In this document: positions 18,586 to 44,233 of the stretch, piece by piece
Layout of the letters: every line of letters starts with the position of its first letter
How positions within the stretch are numbered: the stretch's first letter is position 1
Source: the human T2T-CHM13v2.0 reference genome, Homo sapiens
NCBI RefSeq assembly: GCF_009914755.1
Contig: NC_060925.1
DNA length: 64,000 nucleotides
Reading direction: 5' to 3' (one strand)
Notes under the pieces: generated by a model
Told to the model about the DNA's origin: nothing
The model's database searches: none
Seen by the model: only the letters and a program-made list of their open reading frames with translations
Program-made: the position numbers and the translations under genes

Positions 18586-21054
18586 AAACACCAAAACACC
18601 TGTTTTTTAAAAATAAGAAGAAAAGATGAAAAGTACTCAAATCATCTGATTTTGGCTTTTCTGTTTCTTCTAATACGATGAGAACAGAATGATCTTATGC
18701 AAGATTGGGATATGTGAACAAAAGAGAGTTACCTCAAATAGGATTACTTGACTTTTGGTGCTAACTATCTCAGACTACCCAATGTGGGTGCAAGAGAAAG
18801 ATGAGTGCTTCTCAGGAAAATAACTGATAAGAGACTAAGTACATATTTTCTACAAAAAGTCAAAACTACATTATATTGCTCTAAAGTGTAAGTTTCTGCT
18901 TAAGAAAAATTTCTTCTATAGGGACCCAGAATTTATGTCTTCTAAAAATATCAACTATATTGTAATGGATTCAGATCACCACTCCTGCTATATAGGTTAA
19001 GGTCTCAAAGCTAGACAGTTGGCCAATATATTTAAAAAAATTTTTTTAAAGAATTGCTGAAAACGATGCACTTCCTCAGTAACTATATATGTTTCTATAT
19101 TCAAATATTTCGTTCCCTGGGCCTGGCACGGTGGCTCACACCTGTAATCCCGATGCTTTGGAAGACCTCGACGAACGGATGGCTTGAAGCTAGGAGTTCT
19201 AGACTGGCTCAAGCAACATAATGAGACCCTGTCTCAAAAAACAAACAGAAAAAAAAAAACAAAAAAAAAAAAACCCAGGCCAGGCACGGTGGCTAAAGCC
19301 TATAATTCTAGCACTCTGGGAGGCTGAGGCAGGCCAATCGCTTCAGTCCAGGAGTCTGAGATCAGCCTATGCAACACGGTAAAACCCCATCTCTACAAAA
19401 AGTACAAAAAAATTAGCCAGGTATAACAACACATGCCTGTAGTCCCAGCTACTAGAGAGGCTAAGGAGAGAGAGGATTGCTAGAACCCAAAGTTCAAGCC
19501 TGTAGTGAGCTATGACTGCACCACTGCATTTCGGCCTGGGCAACAGAGTAACAGCCTGTCTCAAAAAAAAAAAAAAAAAAGAAAAAAAGAAAAAAGAAAA
19601 ACAAAAACAAAAAGAAAAGAAAAAAGAAATCATAATAAACTACAAAAATACCAATCCCAAATCATATAGCTCTGGCAGGTATTTAAAAGATTCCAATCTT
19701 GGCTGGGCACAGTGGCTCACGCCTGTAATCCCAGCACTTCGGGAGGCCAAGGTGGGAAGATTGCTTGAGACCAGAAGTTGGAGACCAGCCTGGCCAATAC
19801 AGTGAAACCCCATCTCTACTAAACATACAAAAAAAAAATTAGCCAGGTGTGCCAGTGCACGCCTGTAGTCCCAGCTACTCAGGAGGCTGAGGCACCAACA
19901 AAGATAACCTTCCTACTCTGACCCTATTCTGAGCAAGTGAAAGCCTCCCAGTAAGTTCTAAATTCATTGAACAAAACCTAAATCTATTGAATAAAATAAT
20001 CACCTTCACTGTAAAAGCAGAAAAATGAGATGAGGAGAAAGACAAGTGACCTATTAGAGCAAGAAAATCAGTCAGCAAAGTAATCTAACTTTTATTAGGA
20101 ATTTGCCCTTACCTGCCTTAACATCTCCATTCCCTGAAAACAGTATGACCCTGCTGATGTAGCTGTGTTTGGCTCTCTGCCTCTGCCAATTAGAAGCTCA
20201 ACTAGGAACCGTACATGCTCCTTACTCCTGAAGTTGCCCCTGATTTTAAAAGATTGTGAGGACAAGAAATCAGATTATCAAAACTTTTACACTTAGACTA
20301 AAAGTTGAGACATTTGAGGAACATTTCAAAGAAGACAATTTTTATCTTAAAATGTATACTCCAGCTGGGTGCGATGGTGCACACACCTGTAATTCCAGCT
20401 ACTTGGGGAACTGAGGCTAGAGGACTGCTTGACCCAGAAGTTCGAAGCTGCAGTGACCATGCCTGTGAATAGCCACTGCATTCCAGCCTGGGCAACATGG
20501 CGAGATCTTGTCTCTTAAAATAAAAATTTTAAAAAGCCTCCTTTGCCAGGCACACTGGTTCACACCTGTAATCCCAGCACTTTGGGAGGCCAAGGTGGGC
20601 GGATCACCTGAGGTCAGGAGCTCGAGACCAGCGTGGCCAACATAGTGAAACCCCATTTCTACTAAAAATACAAAATAGCCACGCGTGGTTGCACATGCCT
20701 GTAATCCCAGCAACTTGGGAGGCTGAGGCAGGAAAATTGCTTGAACCCAGGATGTGGAGGTTGCAGTGAGCCCAAGATCGCGCCATTGCACTCCAGCCTG
20801 GGTAACGACGACGAAACTCCATCTTAAAAAGAAAAAAAAAAAAAGCCTCCTTCTTCTCTTTCCAATAATTGGGCTGTAGTCACATGCCTGACAATCAAAA
20901 TCCAAAGACAACTGTTTTTTTTGAAAGGAAATGCTAATAAGGTATATAAGTGTTCCCAAAGGCACTTGAAGACAGACAGTTCTCATTGCTGGCCAGCCAC
21001 ACTACTTCTCTCAAGTTTACATTTCAATTGAGTTGTTTCAGAAACTCTTATAGC

Positions 21055-21345
21055 CTGTTGGTGCGGTTGTAAACTGGTACAAATTTTTGGAGAATAACTT
21101 AAAGTCTAACAAAATTGTAAAGGGGCATACCATTTGGTTCATTAATTACACTTCTAGAACTTTTACCTACAAATATACTTAAATGTGTAAAGATCTATGT
21201 AAGATGTTTCACTGGAAGGCTGGTTATCATAGCACACGTATACACAAATTGCAAACACCCTAACTGTTCCTCAGAAGTGGACAGATTAGGTAAATTAAGG
21301 TATATCCATACAATGAAATATTATACAGTCACTAAAACAATGAGC
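21055..21345 (+). mobile_element. Degraded L1ME-like fragment
   Basis: GTAAACTGGTACAA and CATACAATGAAATATTATACAG motifs. Confidence 0.55.
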
Positions 21346-21411
21346 TGCAAATGTCATATATATATTCTATTAAAAATTTCTTTTTTTTTACTGGGCGCAG
21401 TGAGTGGCTCA

Positions 21412-21744
<333 letters not shown>

Positions 21745-21939
21745 CTACATCACAGACTGGCAAGCTTATTTTCTTTTTCTTTATTTTTTTGAGACAGGGT
21801 CTTGCTCTGTCACCCAGGCTAGAGTACAGTGGTGAGATCACAGCTCACTGCAGCCTCAACCTCTTGGGTTCAATCAACCCTTCCACCTTAGCCTCTCCCA
21901 AGTAGTTGCAACTACAGGCGTGTGCCATCAAGCCAGGCC

Positions 21940-22560
<621 letters not shown>

Positions 22561-22872
22561 TCATGCCACTGCACTTCAGCCTGGGTGACAAAGCAAGGCT
22601 CTGTCTCTAAATAAATAAATAAAACTATCACATCTCCAAGGCAAAATGAGAATCAGGAACTTTAATAACGAGAGTGATGCGTAGAGGGGAAGTGCATTAG
22701 AGTTAAATTTATTCAAGATGAGACTTCACTGGACAACACCATTTTGATACTTCCATGAAAGTTAACTAGCTGATTGATTTTTCTTTGGTTAAAATGTCCA
22801 ACTGCGCCCGATGGCTCACACCTGTAATCCCAGCACTTTGAGAGGCCGAGGCAGGTGGATCATCTGAGGTCA

Positions 22873-23199
<327 letters not shown>

Positions 23200-23236
23200 T
23201 CAGGAGGAGAGCAGGGGCCAATCAGACTCCGTCTCA

Positions 23237-23419
<183 letters not shown>

Positions 23420-23663
23420 TCAGCTACTCAGCAAGGCTGAGGCAGGAGAATCACTTGAACCCAGGAGGCGGAGGTTGCGGTGAGCCAAGATTGCGCCACT
23501 GCGCTCCAGCCTGGGCAACAAGAGCGAAACTCCATCTCAAAAAAAAGAAAAAAAGAAAAAAAAAAGAATTTTCAGGATTTGGTAAGCCTATCATACTTAC
23601 AGCCAAGGTGTAAAAAGTGCTGAATGAGGGTATAATTCCTACTTAAGGGGTACTTGTTCCTAA

Positions 23664-23993
<330 letters not shown>

Positions 23994-24255
23994 TGAGCCA
24001 CCAAGCCCAGCTGCAGTCTTTTAATACATGTAGTCTTTAGTCTACTGACTGCATCTTCTTGTAATTTATCTTTATATCCTCTAACGTACCTATGTTTATA
24101 TCTTTTACATACTACTTTACATAGTAGGCATACAAGAAATGTTATGTGGAGGCCTTTGCAGTTTCCCACAACCAGCAGATTTAAGTGGTTACAGCCGGCC
24201 GCGGTGGCTCACGCCTATAATCCCAGGACTTGGGGAGGCCGAGGCAGAGGGATCA

Positions 24256-24548
<293 letters not shown>

Positions 24549-25098
24549 CTATCAGAACAATTAACTATCATTTTTCGAGACAATAGGCCTAAGACAGAGA
24601 AAAGCATCTGGAATCTTCACTCCAGAAATTGGAAAAATAAACTCATATCATTGCTCAGAGCCCTGGATTTTCTGCCATAGTTTGAGATTCAGGATTACAG
24701 ATGAAATTATAAAATAAGACTTCATGAACTAGGCAATCAGCATTCCTAAACTAAGTTTAAATACTTTAAAGTACTTTTGAGTACTAGTAGTACTCAAATT
24801 GTTCAATGTTAACAAAATAATAGCGATGAAAATCATTAAATAGCAGAATTGTAAGCAACAGGAAAAGTACAGAATTTCCGTTAACAGGACATATTACAAT
24901 ATACCTAAATACTCTTTACCATATGCCTAAATATTCTTTCCCAATAAAGTTCTAACATTGGCCAAGTGTGGGGCTCACACCTGTAATCCCAGCACTTCGA
25001 GAGGCTGAGGCGGGCAGACAGCTTGAGCCTAGGAGTTGAAAATCAGCATGGGCAATATGGCAAATCCCCTCTCTACAAAAAATACAAAAAATTAGCTA

Positions 25099-25323
<225 letters not shown>

Positions 25324-25536
25324 TCAGGAGTTCGAGACCAGTCTGGCCAACATGAAGAAACCTCAGTCTCTACTAAAAATACAAATATTAGCCGGGCGTG
25401 GTGGCAGGCATCTGTAATCCCAGCTACTTGGAAGGCTGACGCAGGAAAATCATTTGAAACTGGAAGACAGAGGGTTCAGTGAGCCAAGATTACGCCACTA
25501 CACTCCAGCCTGGGTGAAACACTGAAACTCCATCTC

Positions 25537-25539
25537 AAA

Positions 25540-25574
<35 letters not shown>

Positions 25575-25576
25575 AT
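25537..25576 (+). repeat. (AAAT)10 Alu-tail microsatellite
   Basis: Direct reading. Confidence 0.85.
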
Positions 25577-25816
25577 ATTAGCTTGTATATGTATAAAGAA
25601 ACTCTAATATGATAGAAATGGAAAAACAGTGATGGGGTTTAAAACTAGGAAGTTAAAAGACAGTGACAAGAAAGTTTTCACTCTATATCTTAATTTTTTA
25701 AAATGTGAAAACAAACTTTAAAACAAGAAGAAAGTGCTCCAACCATAACAAAATGGTTCATTTATAAGAGCAAAGATGTATGGAGCAACATAATTTTTCT
25801 TTTTGTTTTTCTTTGA

Positions 25817-26200
<384 letters not shown>

Positions 26201-26744
26201 TGATCTGCCTGCCTTGGCCTCCCGAAGTGCTGGGATTACATGCATGAGCCACCGCCCTGGCCCTAATTTTTGTCTTCTTTAGTAGAGACGGGGTTTCACT
26301 ATATGTTGGCCAGGCTGGTCTCGAACTCCTGACCTCAGGTGATCTGCCTGCCACAGCTTCCCAAAGTGCTGGGGTTACAGGCATGAGCCACTGCACCTGG
26401 CCAAGAGCAACACAATACATAAAGAAAAATACCCAGCCTGACCAATATGGTGAAACTCCGTCTCTAATAAAAATACAAACAATTAGCCGGGCGTGGTGGC
26501 AGGCGCCCTGTAGTCTCAGCTACTTGGGAGGCTGAGACAGGGAGAATCTCTTGGACCCGGGAGGTGGAGGTTGCAGTGAGCAGAGATCACGCCACCGCAC
26601 TCCAGCCTGGGTGACAGAGCCTGACTCGGTCTCAAAAAAAATAAGAAAAATACAGTGATTCAAGGGCCTAGGTGAAATAAAAACTATCTATAACTGAGCA
26701 GAATCCCATTCAGATTTTTAGCCCAAAGTAAAAAACTATGTGAA

Positions 26745-29400
<2,656 letters not shown>

Positions 29401-30407
29401 CACACACTCACGCACGCACACATCTATGTGCCAGGTTTACCATTATCTTTTTTACAAGAATGACTAACAGGCTGGGTACCATGGCTCATGCCTGTAATCT
29501 CACCACTTTGGGAGGCTAAGGTGGGAGGACTGCTTGAGCCTAGGAGTTTGAGACTAGCCTGGGCAACACAGCAAGACCCCATCGCTATAAAATTTTAAAA
29601 AATGAAAAGTAAAACATAACTAACATTTACTGGACATTTACAATCTGTCAGGCACAGAGAAGTTAAGTAAAAGATCTTACAACTAACTAAACGGTGGAGC
29701 AGAAATTTGAACCCAGGACTTTTTGACACCAGAAACATACTTTTTTTTTTTTTGAGACGGAGTTTCGCTCGTTGCCCAGGCTGGAATCCAATGTCGCAAT
29801 CTTGCAACCTCCGCCTCCCGGGTTCCAGCGATTCTCCTGCCTCAGCCTTCCCAGTAGCTGGGATTAGAAGCATGTGCCACCACGCCCAGCTAATTTTATG
29901 CTTTTAGTAGAAACAGGGATTCTCCATATTGATCAGGCTGGTCTTGAACTCCTGACCTCAGGTGATCCGCCCGCCTGGCCCTCCCAAAGTGCTGGGATTA
30001 CAGGTGTGAGCCACCGCACCTGGCCTAGAAACATACTTGAAAAAAAAAAAAAAAAAAAAGAAAGAAAGAAAGAAACAAGGTTGTGTTTTATCCCCAAGGC
30101 TGGAACACAGTGGTGCAATCCTAGGTCACTGCAGCCTCTAACTCCTAAGCTCAAGCAATTCTCCTGCCTCAGCCTCCCAAAGTGCTCTGGAACACGGATT
30201 ACATCTCAGCACTTTAGGAGGCCGAGGTAGGAGGACTGCTTGAGCCCAAGAGTTCGAGACCTGCCTGGACAACACAGCGAGATTCCCATCCCCACAAAAT
30301 TTATTTTAAAAATTAGCTGGGTATGGTGGCATGTGCCTGTGGTCTCAGCTACTTGGGAGACTAAGGCGCAAGAATCACTTGAGCCCAGGAAGTGAGGGCT
30401 GTAGTGA

Positions 30408-30633
<226 letters not shown>

Positions 30634-30846
30634 TAATTTTTTGTATTTTTAGTAGAGATGGGGTTTCACTGTGGTCTCGATCTCCTGACCTCATGATCCA
30701 CCCGCCTTGGCCTCCTAAAGTGCTGGGATTACAGGCGTGAGCCACCATGCCCGGCCACATTAAAAATAATTTTTAAGGCCAGGCACGATGGCTCATGCCT
30801 GTAATCACAGCACTTTGGGAAGCCACGGCAGGCAGATCACAAGTCA

Positions 30847-31368
<522 letters not shown>

Positions 31369-31534
31369 TCAAAATAATAATAATAATAATAATTTTTTAA
31401 AAAGTAATGTTATATGTATAGATATGTAAGCTTTCTAAAATACTGCCTAAAAATAAACAAGGAATTCATGGTGAATTGGTAAGCTACTAGTGATTTTCAC
31501 ACACAGATTAGAAGACCACTTGCCAAGCATGTAC

Positions 31535-32226
<692 letters not shown>

Positions 32227-32496
32227 TATAGTACAATAAAAGGTGTTCCCTACAGGTGAGAAGGTAGAGAAATATATCTCTAAAATATTTCGGTTCACAG
32301 AAGCTTTAAGAGTATCAGTGAGAAATTCAAGCATATTCTCTGGAACACAGATGTTCCAGGGAATAAAGTGAAAAAAGAGCAAAAGCTATTCTAGTTTAAC
32401 CAAAGGAGAAAAGCTTTCAAGAAATTAAATGAAAAATATCCACTAAAAGTACCACCAATACTATTTGCTCATATCCAGCCACAAAAATTCAATTTA

Positions 32497-33059
<563 letters not shown>

Positions 33060-34036
33060 CTATAAAATAATGGGTAAAAATCTCACTGTCCTCCTCTAAT
33101 ACCTCCGTGCACCATAACAGTATCCTTTATTCATCAGTCCTTTTATACCCTCAACACAACTGAATCTAGAACACAACACAAAAGTCACACATAAGCTACA
33201 TTTTAATTTTTCTATTTTGATAAAACTTTATCATATTCTATTTTACTCTCCCTGTAATTATCAAGTATTCGCGGAGCCAGAATAGAAAGTTTAATTTGGA
33301 AATTAAAAATGCCCAGATTCTAACCTTAGTTATACTCTTCGGTGATATCTACCCAATATATTTGACAAAGTTAGGAACTTACAGTATAATATTAGGTAGA
33401 TTTAAAGGCTTTCATAGTACAAAGTCATGCAACAATCAAAATGTTCATAAAGGGTGGTACCTATATATGTAAATTCATGAGTTCTCAAAAGAAATTGAAG
33501 AATTTTTTTTTCTTCACCAGCTCAGTTACAACTATCTTCCTGGGAATGCACTGAAGGTGAAGGCTAAGTTGGTTGACACAGCAAGAATCCGTCTCAAAAT
33601 AAATAAATAAGCAAAACTTTCAAATTCTCTATACACTCAGGTGAGAAACTGAGAATTACTATCTGAATTATAAAATAAGAGAATGACACAGTAACACATA
33701 AATTTATGCATGGACACTTATTAAAGGCCAAACTGTAGTGCACAGAAAGAATGTCATGCTATTCACACCAAATTTCACAGAACCTAACGGTGCAATACTT
33801 CAAAGGTCTTCTGGCCAACCTGTCCACGGCAGTAGCAATACATGTGACCAACTGTTTCAATCCTTTTGATGGCAACACATCAATCTAGCCATGTAAATGT
33901 TAAAGAGTGATTGGAAAACCACCCCTCCTTAAAAAATGTTACCCTATTGAGCAAATTTTTTCAATTTCTTTACTGGTAGATTAAAATTTCACACTGCTAG
34001 ATAAAAAGTTTGGAATCTAGGAGTGAACATCATTCA

Positions 34037-34497
<461 letters not shown>

Positions 34498-34956
34498 TAA
34501 AGTTTTGATTTAATTTCAAGACCTACATATAAACTTTTAAAGGACTGGAAAAAAAATAATCAAAGGTATTGTTCCTTTTCTCCTCTGATCCCCAGGCCTG
34601 TCTGCATGCCTCACAGAAGAGAAACAATGGTGAGTTTTACAGCTTTCTTAGTGTGATACTGCCATCTTTACAGAAAGCAAGGGTTTCTGCTCATTAACAA
34701 AATTGAAACCTTACTCTCCTGTTTCTAGCCTGTTAGATGAAAGGCAGGGGCACCAGCTCAGTTACAACTATCCTCCTGGGAATGCACTGAAGGTGAAGGC
34801 TAAGCTGGTTGAACTGCAATATTTGCCTTCGAATTCATGGAGGAAAAATGGCAGCCCTCATACCACTGATGTTTCTAAAAAATATCTGGCCTAAGCTGGG
34901 TGCTGTGGCTCACACCTGTAATCTCAGCACTTTGGGAGGCCAAGGCAGGCAGATCA

Positions 34957-35204
<248 letters not shown>

Positions 35205-35238
35205 TCAAGAGTTACAAGGGGCCGAGCACAGTGGCTCA

Positions 35239-39580
<4,342 letters not shown>

Positions 39581-39990
39581 CTGTGTTCCACTAGTCCAAT
39601 CTGCCACATATTAGTTCATCCCCTCTCTTTCAGCAAGTTTGAGTTTAAATACTCTAAAAATGCTAACATTATAAAAATCCTCTGGGCAAGAGATGCACAA
39701 GTCTTTCAGTTAACATTTGCAATCCTTCACAATTATAATGAGAATTTATTAATCCTGGTGTCTAATCTAAATCCTACTAACATTCCAGCATGTATTTTTA
39801 AAGATTATAAATTCCACCCTCCCTTGAAATGAGACAAGCCGAAGAAAGCTTTGATCAAAAGATTTAAAGTACGACTCTCAGCTTTAGGTAACAGTAACCT
39901 GAATTATTTTTTTAAATGGATACTAAGGCCGGGCACAATGGCTCCATGCCTGTAATCCCAGCACTTTGGGAGGCTGAGGTGGGCAGATCA

Positions 39991-40206
<216 letters not shown>

Positions 40207-43200
40207 TCAAAAAATATAAAATAAAATAAAATAAAATGGAACTAGCCAGGTGTGAAAAACAGTAAGAGAATGGCTCAGGAATATGGAATTGCTATAATTT
40301 CCCTTAATTTCTTTAGCAGTTTACTAGTTATTATTAATAACAAGTTCACACATTGTCAAAGATGCTTCTGCAGTTACTATGATTCTTTGAGGTCTGGATC
40401 TGACCACTTCATATCTCAAAAGTAACGAATGATGTGTTCTTAGTAATCTGCTGCTTTTTGTACTATAACCCAAAACTGTTGATAGTTTCTTGCCAGCTGA
40501 TGGCAACCTAGGTAAATGGCAAAGGTAAGGGGGATTTTGTGAGAGACAGCAAACATTACCAAGCCACCATCTAAATACCTCAGACAGGTTAAAAGCCCTA
40601 ATGACCCTGGGACACTCCCTTCTTACTGGATGAATTCAAGCTATACAGGAATATTTCATATATCCACAAGGGAGAAGGTAAAAGATGGAACATGAGGAGG
40701 GGTCTGTTTCAAATCAGACCTATTCTTCAGAAGCTTTCATCACTGCTACACAAAGAAAGGAGGTTGCTGCTTCAAGGATTCTGGAGCCACCAAAATCCCC
40801 AAACAGGACCTACAGAAAAAGCTTCACAGAGACTACTGAGGATAAACCAAATAATATGGCTAATAGAAGATACACCACAAAATCCAGTCATTGTAACATA
40901 AACTGAACTTCCTTATATATCTTTTCCTAGGCTTAGCCAAAAGCAGGAGAACTGCAACTCTATGTGGTATTGTCTGATAGACTGGATTTTTTCCCCAAGC
41001 AAGAGGTGGACAGCTTTATGCCAGGACTAGATTTACAGTCAATCTGGGTGTGTGTCTTTACTTTTTCTTTCCCTCCAAACTACCTCAGAAAATGTCTGGC
41101 TATTGTGCCTTGATATGTAATAATGCAGGGCTTTAAGTACTGCAAAGGTCTGGAAAAGAAAGTCCCTCAGTCCCAGTTATGGCTCAAATCTTACGATTTC
41201 TCTAGCAGTTGTTTTAATCAACCAAAGCTGGTTGGCTTTTCTCAATGAGCCAAGCAACATGAGCCTTCTAAGTTAAGCGCAGAGGGGCTGCTTGTCAGCA
41301 TGACTCCCAATGGGGTGGCTAACATGGAATATGCTCCAGAGTCTAGAAATCAGGACAGCACAGCTGCTGTTTTCCTCCACATGCACCTCCAGCTTGGTGG
41401 GTGGGGGAGGAAAGGAAGAAGAATCAGTAAATTGAAACAGGAGGAATGCTTTACATGCAACACACAAGACTCACTGCTTAAAGGTGAGATGAATTCAGAG
41501 GTCTCAACACATGATTAGGATACCTTCACTGACACAATGGTCCCCAAAATTCAACCTGGAGGTCCAGCCTTGCCCGTCTGGCAAAAAAAGGGGAGAAGGG
41601 GGCAAAACCCCAAAATGGGGGACAGCATACAAGCTTTTGAAAGTACTTTAAGGTTGTGAGGCTCAGAACAAATTCCTCACACTTCCCTCTGCCACCACCC
41701 TGTGGCCCTATGCTAAGCACAGCAGTAAAAGTTACTGCCAGAATTTAGATTTGAAGGGCTGATCAGGGAACCTGGTTAACACTGTTCCTAGAAAAGTATT
41801 TGAGTGCAGCCTATATTCAGACCCTACTGGGACTGCCTCTAAACAGGAAGTTAACACACATCACATACGGTCAGGGAAGGCAAACCACAGTGTCATAAAG
41901 ATGGATGCTGCTGTCAACTACAAATCACTCTCACCTCATGGAGAGTGTTCTCAAGTAAGGAATAATAGGCAGGACAAAAGTCTGTAAGCCTCACCTCTAC
42001 TCAAACTGGGTCACTCAGCCTATAGATTCAGCCTTCTGATTCCTGCTGATTAGTACTTTTCTACCTTGTTCCATGATGACTATCACTGCCACTGGACTAA
42101 AAAAACTCTATTCCCCTAAAAAGTGAAGACAGCCTTACCATCAACTAGTTATTCATATAAGCTATCTGCTTATATGAATCCGATCCTTGACCCAGTCCAT
42201 TCCCAAATGGCCAGGGACTAGATATCCGTCACAAAAAAAGCAGCACGATCCAACAAGTGTGGGCCTTCCCTCAAAATATACTGAACTCCTCCATAGCACC
42301 TCCAGAAGTGGCCTCCTTCCCAACTAAGTACTGACAGAAATACTACTCTAGGACAATACTTGAAAGGCTGCTCCAGCACCAAAATAAGAATCCAAGTTAT
42401 CAGACTGCAAGGAAGAGTTCAGGTCAGCATACCAAATGAAAAGCAATAAAGTTAGCACTAAACTCCCAAACAGGATAATCACCAACAACATATAGGCACC
42501 ATGCTGCTGCCAGAAAACATCAAAGTCATCTGTGCTAGGAGGGGAAGGAGACTAGATGGCTGGAGGACAGAGATGGGAAGGAAGCTTACTTTTCACTTTG
42601 TACAACCACATGCATGCTTTTCTACTCAAAATATAAATTTTTAGAAAAAATGTCCTAAAAACTACAAAAGCATCAGCTCTTCTCCAACACAGATCTGTTA
42701 AACCTGTTTTAATTCCATCAGCTACAAATCCAAATCCCTCTTTTGCAGTCTGGCCTGAAAACACTGCTCTTGCCCTTTGCTGAAATATATTAAGTATCCT
42801 TCGCCTCTGCTGAAATGTATTAAGTATCCCCCCATCTCTCTCTCTCTCTTACACACACACACACGCACACACACACGCCCCCCAAATAAGCATTTATCAG
42901 AAATGAGAAAACTGGTTCTCAGGAGGCTACCTGATTTTCCAGGGGACAACAGAGAAAAGGTTGCTAGCTAGCTCAGTTAGCATCCACATGCCACCCACCA
43001 CCAAGCCTCCATCTCCACCTCACTGCCAGCCCTATGAGCTAACATCTTGTGTTTGGAAGTTGATGCTGGGGAAGAATCCAAAGAGGCTACCATACCTTTA
43101 TGAAACGGGAAAGCTGTACCGGGCGCGCGAATGGCACCTGAACCTCTGCACTCGCATGAGTGGCTCGCTCCTCAATGTAATTGAGAGCAGGGAGGCCAAA

Positions 43201-43989
43201 AGTACTCTAAGTCCCGGTGTGGTTAGGGAAGGGTAAGTTCCACCGACCCTCAGGAACTGAACTGGAAGACAGATCCAGTGTGTCCCACAAGCCCAGTCGC
43301 TGTAGAAGCTAAGTGCCCACATAGCCTGAGACAATTCTCTTCCCCTACGGGAGGGCGAGCGAACGGTGGACGACGAAATAAAGGGGTAAGGTTATGCGCT
43401 CCTGATCCCTTTCCCTAAATAAAGATAATTATCTGGTGCTTCCTTTACCCTTAGATTCCCCATTCGTCCCATCCGCCCGCAAACACAAGACTGAGCAGGG
43501 AGCGGCCCCCGCACCCTGAGGGCACCACTGGGGGTGGAGAGAGTTAAAAAAAAAAAGGGGGGGGCGCGCTAGAGAGGAAAGGAGGGGAGCATGGCGGGCA
43601 TGAGGCAGGGAGTGAAAGCGGGGATGGCGGGGGAAACGGGGCGTGAGGGAGGGGAGAAAGAGTACAAGGAGACGAAATGAAGGGACACGAGCTGGGGGCG
43701 CGCGAGGCCGAAGTGAAAGACCGGGTCGCGCGCGCCAAGGGGGGAGAGGATGAGGTGAAGAAGGAGCGCGAGGCGGGGGCGCGCCGTGCCGGGGTGGGGG
43801 GAGGGGGACGCAAGGCGGGGGCGCGCGGGCGGGCGTCGGCTCGCGGGCGCTTCCCCTCCCCCCGCCCCTCCACCTTTCCCTTCCCCCACCTCCGCCACCA
43901 CTGCCTCCTCCCAGCCTCCTTCCCTTCCTCGCTCCTCACCGCCCCCGGGCGGGCGGGCGGCCAGGCTGGCCTAGGCCAAAGCTCCTCAC

Positions 43990-44230
43990 CTGGCGGTGGC
44001 GGTGTAACTCCCGGCTAGCTCGCCTCCTCAGGCGGCGGCGGAGGCGTCGAAAAAGGAAGAGGCGACGGCACAGGGGATCCAGACCCTGCTGACGGGACTA
44101 GGGACGGGGGTAGGGGAGGGGGGCGGGCCGGACCGGGGCGGGCGGGCGGAGCAGACACTGCGGTACAGACGGGGGCAGCGGCGGCGGCGACGGCTGCACC
44201 GGCGGCGGCGGCACCACACAAACAAGGACG
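43990..44230 (-). other. GATAD2B: Non-coding first exon (5' UTR) of GATAD2B; TSS approximate
   Basis: GC-rich, AUG-free, ends in CCAG|GTGAGG donor at 43990; CCAAT boxes immediately upstream; identity from recalled gene order downstream of DENND4B, not from coding sequence. Confidence 0.75.
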
Positions 44231-44233
44231 CTG

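Noticed and set aside
43544-44018. Pro/Arg/Gly-rich ORFs in the CpG island
   Set aside because: Expected from stop-codon scarcity in very GC-rich DNA.
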